Positions 1-7,194 of a DNA stretch of 11,875 bases are shown here, one piece after another. The notes beneath the pieces were generated by a model. It did no database searches. It had not been told where the DNA came from and was given only the letters and a program-made list of their open reading frames with translations. The stretch covers positions 1 to 11,875 of the forward strand of contig JANMKN010000034.1 of assembly GCA_031372065.1 (NCBI GenBank). The letters are read 5' to 3'. Positions within the stretch are counted from its first letter, which is position 1, and every line of letters starts with the position of its first letter. Source of the stretch: Abditibacteriaceae bacterium. GTDB lineage: Bacteria; Armatimonadota; Abditibacteriia; Abditibacteriales; Abditibacteriaceae. Both the position numbers and the translations under genes were made by a program.

Positions 1-68
1 ACTTTTCACTCACAGCTTATCAGTTTCGGCAGAGATTTTGCGTAGCGATGACATCGAAGCACCCTAAT

Positions 69-85
69 TTGGCAACATGGGTGCA
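69..85 (+). promoter_or_regulatory. Possible sigma-54 (-24/-12) promoter upstream of the pilin-FecR gene
   Basis: TTGGCAACATGGGTGCA has GG-N10-GC spacing and partly matches YTGGCACG-N4-TTGCW; about 130 bp upstream of the likely ATG. Weak motif match only. Confidence 0.2.
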
Positions 86-216
86 AAAATCTGATATCGC
101 TTTTGGCATATTGATGAGTCAAAGAAAAATGTCGGTTTGGCTGCTCAATAACGCGATGTAATAAGGCACATTATTCCCTATGATCCAACAGGGAATTGTC
201 TTATGATGGAGAAAAC

Positions 217-1419
217 ATGATGAATGTGGTCAGAAAACTCAAGCACAGCGCGCCCTTAGTGCGCAAGAAACTGTTGAATCAGTGCACAGAACGCCAAAAA
301 TACAAAACCACGCCCAAAACAGTGTGGCGCCGTGGTTTTACGCTTATCCAATTGGTTGTGTCATTGGGTGTGCTGTCCATGTTGGCAACGATGCTGTTCA
401 ATGTTTTCAGTGATGGACGGGCCACAGCACGGCACACTCAATGCGATGTGCAATTGAAGACCATTGCGCTGGCATTGGACGCGTATCGTCAGGAATGGCG
501 TAGGTATCCTGCGAGCTTGCAAGAATTAAAAGATAAGCATTACTTGCATGACGAAGGTGCCTTGCACTGCCCGATGGATTTGCGCGAAGACGGCACTTAT
601 GGTGACTTTTACGTCATTCGTTCCCCTCGCGACCCTGGAGATTTCCCGACCTTGGTTTGCCCATTTCATGAAAGTAAGGGCAATGCGGGTGAGCAAGTCT
701 TCAAAGACCGCTATACAAGGCAATTTTTAACGCGTCCGGCAAAACTGGAACAAGCCACCGGCGCCACAGTGGAGCGAGCTGGACAAAATCCGATGACTGC
801 TGTTGCGGGCCTCGTTTTGCATGGCGGTGACCGCATTCGCACCACAGCCAGCGGCACAGCAACAATTCGATTTGCGGATAACTCGGCCTCTGAATTGTCA
901 GGCAACGCCGATCTTACAGTGCTGCAATCTTTCGCTTTCGGCACTAACGGCTCAACCTTGTATACGTTGGTGCGTCAATCGCTGGGCACCGTAATCCATC
1001 GTGTAAATCATGGCTCCAAGTTTGACGTAGCGACTCCAACGGCTACAGCAGGGGCCTTGGGAACCGTCTTTCAGATTACTATTAATCCCAATGGCACCGG
1101 AATGCTTTATGTGATTGAAAGCAAGGTTTATGTCAGCACACTGCGTTCTCATGTTATCATTCCCGAAGGAGAACGAGTTCCTTTAACCGGGGGCGATGAC
1201 TCAAAAGCGACACCAGCACTTAATCCCAACGACAACGCGCCAAGACCAACGCCAACGCCAGTTCCCACAGCCACGCCGAGACCAACAGCAACACCAACAG
1301 CGCGTCCTACAGCCACGCCGAGACCAACGGCAACGCCGAGACCGACACCCACTCCCTGCCGTCCCGGAAATGGAAATAACTCCGGCCCCGGTAATGACCA
1401 CGGTAACGGTAGCTGCTAA
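217..1419 (+). CDS. Prepilin-type N-terminal cleavage/methylation domain protein fused to a FecR domain, with Pro/Thr-rich C-terminal linker
   Basis: RRG|FTLIQLVVSLGVLSMLATML class III signal peptide, then AR..C..QLK.IALA..AY and a CPMD motif typical of pseudopilin-like proteins. FecR-like segment GDRIRT..GTATIRFADNS...KFDVATPTATAGALGTVF..LYVIESKVYV. ORF track starts at TTG 196, but GGAG at 208-211 precedes ATG 217. Confidence 0.85.
   Translation: MMNVVRKLKHSAPLVRKKLLNQCTERQKYKTTPKTVWRRGFTLIQLVVSLGVLSMLATMLFNVFSDGRATARHTQCDVQLKTIALALDAYRQEWRRYPASLQELKDKHYLHDEGALHCPMDLREDGTYGDFYVIRSPRDPGDFPTLVCPFHESKGNAGEQVFKDRYTRQFLTRPAKLEQATGATVERAGQNPMTAVAGLVLHGGDRIRTTASGTATIRFADNSASELSGNADLTVLQSFAFGTNGSTLYTLVRQSLGTVIHRVNHGSKFDVATPTATAGALGTVFQITINPNGTGMLYVIESKVYVSTLRSHVIIPEGERVPLTGGDDSKATPALNPNDNAPRPTPTPVPTATPRPTATPTARPTATPRPTATPRPTPTPCRPGNGNNSGPGNDHGNGSC
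1240..1356 (+). repeat. Coding Pro/Thr-rich imperfect repeat (PTATPR units)
   Basis: Translates PRPTPTPVPTATPRPTATPTARPTATPRPTATPRPTPTP; the DNA contains recurring acagccacgccgagaccaac-like units. Confidence 0.85.
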
Positions 1420-1459
1420 ACCAACTTCAATACAGGTGGCTGTTGTGCAGCATTTTGGC

Positions 1460-1494
1460 AGAAAGGCCCGACTCCTCAGGAGTCGGGCCTTTCT
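1460..1494. terminator. Perfect inverted repeat, probable intrinsic terminator or RNA-stabilising hairpin
   Basis: AGAAAGGCCCGACTCCT-C-AGGAGTCGGGCCTTTCT: 17-bp perfect arms, 40 nt after the stop at 1419. The U-tract is short (TTTCTATT). Confidence 0.7.
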
Positions 1495-1570
1495 ATTGCC
1501 GGTTTGTAAAGGCAAATATAGCGATTATAGGCCGCTGTTGTAAAATCACTGTTACTTCGCATCACACAAA

Positions 1571-4500
1571 ATGGATTCACTGCGCAACTTATTCAATACA
1601 CCGCGCTTGCGCCAAGGTTTGATTATTGGCTTGCTGTGCGGGTTATTTTTGCTTCTAATCCGGCCTATTGGTAGGCTGGAGCCATTAGATCGCGCCGTAA
1701 TGGATACCATGTTCGAGTTGCGCGGCATTCGTGCTCCTTTCAACAAAATTGTGGTGGTGGCTGCTGATGAAGCAGACGTAGAAAAACTAAAGGGATGGCC
1801 TTTTCCGCGTCGCACCTATGCTAAGTTGATTGACCGCTTTCAAAAAGCGGGAGTCAAAACCATTGTATTCGACATTTTGTTTTTGCAGGATGCGCCCAGA
1901 GCCGATGATGACATTTTGTTCACGGACGCTTGCAAGCGAGCAGGAAATGTCATTCAGGCCTCGACGTTTCGATTGTCATCACGAGTCAGTTCTCTGCCGT
2001 TTGTGCCAACGCGGGTAGGCACCGACTTTCCTGCCGGGTCTCCTTACCGCCGTCTGCCTACCCAATTCAGCTTGCCCTACACGCCTATCAACTGTCAGGC
2101 CAGCGTTCGTGGCTCGGCGGCGCGCGCTCCGCTGCTGTCCACTGCCGCCGGTATGGGTCATGTTACCGTCTTTCCGGAATGGGATGGCGCCCTGCGGCGC
2201 ATTGACCATCTCATTAGCTATTCACAGCCTTCGCCATCAGGCGAAGGTGAACACATCGGACTTTATCCGTCCTTGGCTTTAGCCGCAGCACTGCATTATT
2301 GGAATGTGCCTTTGCAAAAAGTAAAGGTGTCGCCTTCTGGTATTTCTGGGGGCAGCGAAATTCGATTCTCCGATTCCACGGGAAAGTTGCACCGCATACC
2401 GATGAATCAAGATGGCGAAACTATGATCAACTGGGTCGGCACGAACGAAAATTTTCAACAGATAACCTTTGATCGTGTTTTGAGCGATGCGGGAGGCGCC
2501 GACAACCTCTTAGATGAGGAATTGAAAGACAGCGTGGTGCTGGTGGGCATCACGGCACCGGGCGCCTACGAAAAATATCCTACACCCTTTACCCCCAACT
2601 TTCCGGCGGTGCTTTTTCAAGCGAATGCACTGGACGACCTTCTCGAAAATCGCGTTATGCGTGAAGCTCCCGGTTGGTGGCAAATTATTTTACTGCTCTT
2701 GTTTCCCCTGTTGGCCGGGGCCATTGTAGGCGGGCAAAATGCCAAAATTAACGCCCTTATCTTAAGCGTTATGTGCTTTGGGATTTATACCCTGAGCGGA
2801 ATGCTGCTCACATGGGCTAATTTGTATGTGCCAGTTGGCACCACGCTTTTGGGTGTCGCGCTAACCTGCACGGCGGCTATAGGCTATCGCCAGATAAACG
2901 ACGCCACCCAATTGCGCATTGCCGAAGAGCGCTATTCTGTAGCAGTGCGTGGCGCCAATGATGGCTTATGGGATTGGAATTTAATCAGCAACGTGATGTA
3001 TTTTTCACCGCGCTGGAAAGAAATGATGGGCTGCACCGATGATGAAGTCTCTAACAGCCCCGATGAATGGTTTCGGCGCGTGCATCCCGAAGATATTGGC
3101 CCGTTGCGCACAGAATTAAAGCGGCACATCGCCGAGGAAACCGAAAATTTTGAATTCGAATACAGAATGCTGCATAAAAGCGGCACTTACCGTGAAGTTT
3201 TGACACGCGGCTTGCGCGTCAAAAGTGCGGAAAGTCGCACTACGCGTATGGCAGGGTCACACACCGACATCACGAATCGCAAACGCGCCGAACGGCAACT
3301 GCACCATAATGCTTTTTATGACGGCTTAACCGGCCTTCCCAATCGCGCCTTGTTTATTAACCGCTTGGAACAGGCTGTAGGCCGCGCCCAGCGCCGCGCC
3401 GATTATAAATTTGCCGTGCTGTTTTTGGATTTGGATCGTTTTAAAAACATTAACGACAGCTTGGGCCACAGCGCAGGCGACACCTTAATTCGCGAAATGG
3501 CTAAACGTATCGCGCTGTGCTTGCGTTTGGGTGACACGCCGGCTCGTTTGGGTGGCGATGAATTTACCATTCTGTTGGACGACATCGAAGATGTGAACCA
3601 TGCCACTCGCGTGGCCGAAAGATTTCAACAGGAATTATCGCTGCCTGTCACCATTGACGACCATGATATTAATCCATCGATCAGTGTGGGCATTGCGCTT
3701 TCGACAACGGGCTACCAAAACGCCCAAGATGTCTTGCGCGACGCCGATATTGCTGTGGCTCGCGCCAAAGCTGGTGGTTCAGGAAGACGCGAGGTTTTCG
3801 ATACACGAATGCATGAGCGCGCCGTCGCGCTATTGCGTATCGAAAGCGAACTGCGCCGCGCTTTGGAAAAACAAGCATTTGAGGTTTATTATCAAGCATT
3901 GGTCAATCTTGAAACCGGAAAACTCGCGGGGTTTGAAGCTCTGGCGCGCTGGCCGCATCCGGCGCGGGGCATGGTTTCTCCCGGCGAATTCATTCCGATT
4001 GCCGAAGACACTGGCCTGATTATCCCGATGGATCAATGGGTCATGCGTGAAAGTTGTCGCCAATTTAATGAATGGGAAGCGCAAGCAGGCCGTCGCCTGT
4101 CGCTTTTTATGAGCGTCAACCTGTCGAGCAAACAATTTTCGCAGAGCGATCTTGTCGAGCAAATTGCGCAATCGGTGGAAACCGCCAACTTCGAGCCAAA
4201 TCGCATGAAATTGGAAGTCACCGAAAGTGCCATCATGGACAACACAGAATCAGCCGCCGCCATGCTGTTGCGCTTGCGCGAACTGGGCTTCCAGTTGGCA
4301 ATTGACGATTTCGGCACCGGTTATTCGTCGCTCTCTTATTTGCACCGTTTTCCGATGGATACCCTTAAAATTGACCGAGCCTTCGTGAAAGCCATGAGTG
4401 ATCGCGGCGAAGTCGAAATTGTGCGCGCCATCATCACGCTGGGCAAGAATTTTGGTATGACGATTGTAGGCGAAGGCGTGGAAACCGCTGACCAATTGCG

Positions 4501-4606
4501 CTTGTTGCGTGAGCAAGGCTGTCATCTGGGTCAGGGTTACTTTTTCTCACGGCCCTTGACGGGTGCAGATGCCTATAATTTGATTCAAAGCGATTCGCAA
4601 TGGTAA
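1571..4606 (+). CDS. CHASE2-PAS-GGDEF-EAL membrane-bound diguanylate cyclase/phosphodiesterase
   Basis: N-terminal TM; CHASE2 motifs (IVVVAADE..WPFPR..YA.LID......IVFDILF; DGALRR; VVLVG.TA); three TM helices; PAS/PAC (GANDGLWDW..HPED..GSHTDIT); GGDEF at 3551-3565 with RLGD I-site at 3524-3535; EAL at 3935-3943; DDFGTGYSS and EGVET motifs. Confidence 0.95.
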   Translation: MDSLRNLFNTPRLRQGLIIGLLCGLFLLLIRPIGRLEPLDRAVMDTMFELRGIRAPFNKIVVVAADEADVEKLKGWPFPRRTYAKLIDRFQKAGVKTIVFDILFLQDAPRADDDILFTDACKRAGNVIQASTFRLSSRVSSLPFVPTRVGTDFPAGSPYRRLPTQFSLPYTPINCQASVRGSAARAPLLSTAAGMGHVTVFPEWDGALRRIDHLISYSQPSPSGEGEHIGLYPSLALAAALHYWNVPLQKVKVSPSGISGGSEIRFSDSTGKLHRIPMNQDGETMINWVGTNENFQQITFDRVLSDAGGADNLLDEELKDSVVLVGITAPGAYEKYPTPFTPNFPAVLFQANALDDLLENRVMREAPGWWQIILLLLFPLLAGAIVGGQNAKINALILSVMCFGIYTLSGMLLTWANLYVPVGTTLLGVALTCTAAIGYRQINDATQLRIAEERYSVAVRGANDGLWDWNLISNVMYFSPRWKEMMGCTDDEVSNSPDEWFRRVHPEDIGPLRTELKRHIAEETENFEFEYRMLHKSGTYREVLTRGLRVKSAESRTTRMAGSHTDITNRKRAERQLHHNAFYDGLTGLPNRALFINRLEQAVGRAQRRADYKFAVLFLDLDRFKNINDSLGHSAGDTLIREMAKRIALCLRLGDTPARLGGDEFTILLDDIEDVNHATRVAERFQQELSLPVTIDDHDINPSISVGIALSTTGYQNAQDVLRDADIAVARAKAGGSGRREVFDTRMHERAVALLRIESELRRALEKQAFEVYYQALVNLETGKLAGFEALARWPHPARGMVSPGEFIPIAEDTGLIIPMDQWVMRESCRQFNEWEAQAGRRLSLFMSVNLSSKQFSQSDLVEQIAQSVETANFEPNRMKLEVTESAIMDNTESAAAMLLRLRELGFQLAIDDFGTGYSSLSYLHRFPMDTLKIDRAFVKAMSDRGEVEIVRAIITLGKNFGMTIVGEGVETADQLRLLREQGCHLGQGYFFSRPLTGADAYNLIQSDSQW

Positions 4607-4631
4607 ACGAAAACGGACACCACTTGGCAGA

Positions 4632-5867
4632 GTGTTTAAGGCATACTGCAATTGGTTACCCAGAAAGAAGCATAGCGTGAACGATTCTATCCCTTCTAAT
4701 TCAATTGCTTCAGGCACGCCCTTTGGCTCGCTTGATAACGCTTGCGTAGCGCTTATCAAAAGCCTGTCTACGAATAATCGCTTTTATACACTGGCGCCGC
4801 TCGATTCGGGCATCCTTAATGCCGGCACAGTGGAAGACATCCCGCACGACCTGCTGCTGGGCATCGCTTATCCTTGTCTTGAAGATGGCCTCAACGATTT
4901 TTGCGTCATTCGCACTGCGTTTGAAACGTTGGATTTATTTCCTGAAGATAAAGAAACCCGCGCCGAACTGCGCGAAATGATTGACGATGCGCGCCGCACG
5001 CTCATGCGGCGCTTGATGGAACTGCTCGAACGCATTATCGCACGCAAGGCGCACTTTCTCGGCACCGACTTAGAGCAATTCAAAGGCTGGACGATCAAAC
5101 TCATTGAGCAAGGCGTTTCGCGCTACGACATTGACACGGCAATGAAAGTCAATGTTTTCTCCTCCGTTGCTTTGGCGGAACAAGCCCAAGGCATCGCTAC
5201 CTCACCGCGTTATCGCTACGAATTCCACAACAGCGAAAGCGCCGAGCGCATTGCGAGTCTCGAAGGCCGCGATTTTTTAGTGGCTTTGTTTGCCGATGTG
5301 CTGGATAGCGTTCTCGAAGACGACAATTACGCCAACCGCTACGCCTTCGACAAGCATATTTTTCAGCAATTCATCGCTATGCTCTTTGTGGCCTATTCAG
5401 CCACGGATGCGGTTTTCTATGGCACGCACAAAGACGATTATGGGGTCAGCGCCGATAGAAACATGGAAAACACGCCGCTTTATCGCGCTGTCAACATCGA
5501 ACTGCGCCATTTAGCGGGTCTGAGCCTGCCACGCGAAGAAAAAGCGTCGCATCTGGAAGATAACTGGGAATCTATCGCTTTAGCCGAAATCGCCGCGCGC
5601 GAAGGGCTTGATGAAAATCGCCAAGGCGCCCCGCTACCGTATCACGTTTTGCGCGTCCAGCCAGCAGCGGCCAACGACGAAACAATTTTGGCTCCCATTG
5701 CCTCCATTTGCGCCATCGCCCACCAACTCCACAAACGCGACCATAGCAACGAACTGGCGCGTGTGCTGCTCTCCGAAGCCTCACGTTTGGTGCAGGAATT
5801 AAAAATGATGGGCACCCTTTCACCCTTAGCCTACAACCCCGGCGAAGCTGATTTCGACGACAAATAA
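4632..5867 (+). CDS. Hypothetical protein, apparently soluble and helix-rich (start uncertain; GTG 4677 is an alternative)
   Basis: 411-codon open frame 25 nt downstream of the EAL gene on the same strand; no family motif recognised. Confidence 0.75.
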   Translation: MFKAYCNWLPRKKHSVNDSIPSNSIASGTPFGSLDNACVALIKSLSTNNRFYTLAPLDSGILNAGTVEDIPHDLLLGIAYPCLEDGLNDFCVIRTAFETLDLFPEDKETRAELREMIDDARRTLMRRLMELLERIIARKAHFLGTDLEQFKGWTIKLIEQGVSRYDIDTAMKVNVFSSVALAEQAQGIATSPRYRYEFHNSESAERIASLEGRDFLVALFADVLDSVLEDDNYANRYAFDKHIFQQFIAMLFVAYSATDAVFYGTHKDDYGVSADRNMENTPLYRAVNIELRHLAGLSLPREEKASHLEDNWESIALAEIAAREGLDENRQGAPLPYHVLRVQPAAANDETILAPIASICAIAHQLHKRDHSNELARVLLSEASRLVQELKMMGTLSPLAYNPGEADFDDK

Positions 5868-5897
5868 TTAGCTCACTTTGTCCTGCGTATGGATGTC

Positions 5898-6092
5898 ATG
5901 GTCGTCATATGAGCCTCATATGACGACCATATGAACCTCATATGACGACCATATGAGCCTCATATGACGACCATATGAGCCTCATATGACGACCATATGA
6001 GCCTCATATGACGACCATACGAGCCTCATATGACGACCATATGAACCTCATATGACGACCATATGAGCCTCATATGACGACCATATGGTCGT
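5898..6092. repeat. Tandem array of 8 x 22-bp units CATATGAGCCTCATATGACGAC with inverted, palindromic ends
   Basis: Units start at 5906, 5928, 5950, 5972, 5994, 6016, 6038 and 6060, with a final CATATG at 6082. Units 2 and 7 have AACCT; unit 6 has CATACG. GTCGT (reverse complement of ACGAC) flanks both ends. Lies between convergent stop codons at 5867 and 6133. Confidence 0.95.
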
Positions 6093-6132
6093 TAGGATAG
6101 GGCAAAGTTACGGCAGCAAGGAGTTATCTCCG

Positions 6133-7089
6133 TCACTCAAATAGCGCGCTCAAACTGTCGCCGGTGTGGATGCGTTTAATCGCTTCGCCGAAAAGCGGCG
6201 CGACGGAGAGGACATTTAATTTTTCGATGCGCTTTTCGGCAGGCACCGCGACTGTATTAGTAACGGTCACCTGCCTAATCGGACTTTTTTCGAGGCGTTC
6301 GATGGCCGGGCCGCATAAAACGCCATGCGTGGCGGCGGCGTAGACCTCATTGGCGCCGTATTCGAGCAGCACTTTAGCGGTGTTGACGGTAGTGGACGCG
6401 GCGGCGATTTCGTCGTCCACAATCAAACAGTTCTTGCCGCGCACATCACCCACCACGGCAGTCGCTTCGGTTTCGGTGTCGCTGATGCGGCGCTTATCTA
6501 CAAAAGCCAGCGGCGCCCGCAAATTTTGCGCGAAATCACCGGCGCGTTTGGCGTGTCCGGCATCCGGCGCGACGACGACCAAGTTTTCCACTCCGATTTT
6601 CTGAAAATGCCGCGAAAGAATCGGCGTGGCGACCAAATGATCGGTGGGCACGCTGAAAAAACCATGCACTTGCGGCGCGTGCAAAGTCATCGTCAGAACG
6701 CGATTGGCACCTGCTGTGACCAGTAAATCGGCCATCAAACGGCCCGCGATGGAAATGCGCGGCGCGTCTTTTTTGTCGCTGCGCGCATACGAATAATAGG
6801 GAATCACCGCCGTAATGCGCCGCGCCGAGGCACTGCGCAACGCATCAATCAGAATCAAGAGTTCCATGATGTTTTCATGCACCGGCGAGCCGAACGGCTG
6901 AATCACATAACAATCGCTTTCGCGCACGTTATCTTGAATCTGCACGAAGATGTTTTCATTGGAAAAGCGATTGATTTCCACCGAGGCCAAAGGCTCGCCC
7001 AAATAATCGCAAATCTCTTGTGCCAGTTGCGGATTGCCGTTGCCGCCCAAAATTTTCAATCCCCAGTTACGAGGCCCCAAGACGCTCAT
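6133..7089 (-). CDS. prs: Ribose-phosphate pyrophosphokinase (PRPP synthetase)
   Basis: Motifs FSNENIFVQI.DNVR, NIMELLILIDALR.ASARRITAVIPYYSYARSDKK, LHAPQVHGFF, VVAPDAG, KRR, V.GDV.GK.CLIVDD, ATHGVL, VTNT; AAGGG upstream of the ATG. Confidence 0.95.
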   Translation of the reverse strand: MSVLGPRNWGLKILGGNGNPQLAQEICDYLGEPLASVEINRFSNENIFVQIQDNVRESDCYVIQPFGSPVHENIMELLILIDALRSASARRITAVIPYYSYARSDKKDAPRISIAGRLMADLLVTAGANRVLTMTLHAPQVHGFFSVPTDHLVATPILSRHFQKIGVENLVVVAPDAGHAKRAGDFAQNLRAPLAFVDKRRISDTETEATAVVGDVRGKNCLIVDDEIAAASTTVNTAKVLLEYGANEVYAAATHGVLCGPAIERLEKSPIRQVTVTNTVAVPAEKRIEKLNVLSVAPLFGEAIKRIHTGDSLSALFE

Positions 7090-7194
7090 TATTTACCCTT
7101 TTGCCGTTAATTCCGCCTTGCAGTATGCCATTGCTAAGGCACTTTTTGTCCGCGCGCGTTATATTGTCCTACGAAACCCCACAGGAGCAAACCA

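Noticed and set aside
1149..1543. Short overlapping ORFs with repetitive VG-, QR- or CRW-rich translations
   Set aside because: Alternative-frame and antisense readings of the Pro/Thr repeat.
5906..6087. CRISPR array
   Set aside because: Units are contiguous with no unique spacers, and no cas genes are present in the window.
5906..6087. Repeat-encoded peptide
   Set aside because: The 22-bp period is not a multiple of 3, so TGA stops cycle through every frame on both strands.
7090..7194. Specific sigma-70 promoters in the divergent prs/oxidoreductase gap
   Set aside because: -10-like hexamers exist (e.g. TATATT 7160-7165), but no convincingly spaced -35 was found.
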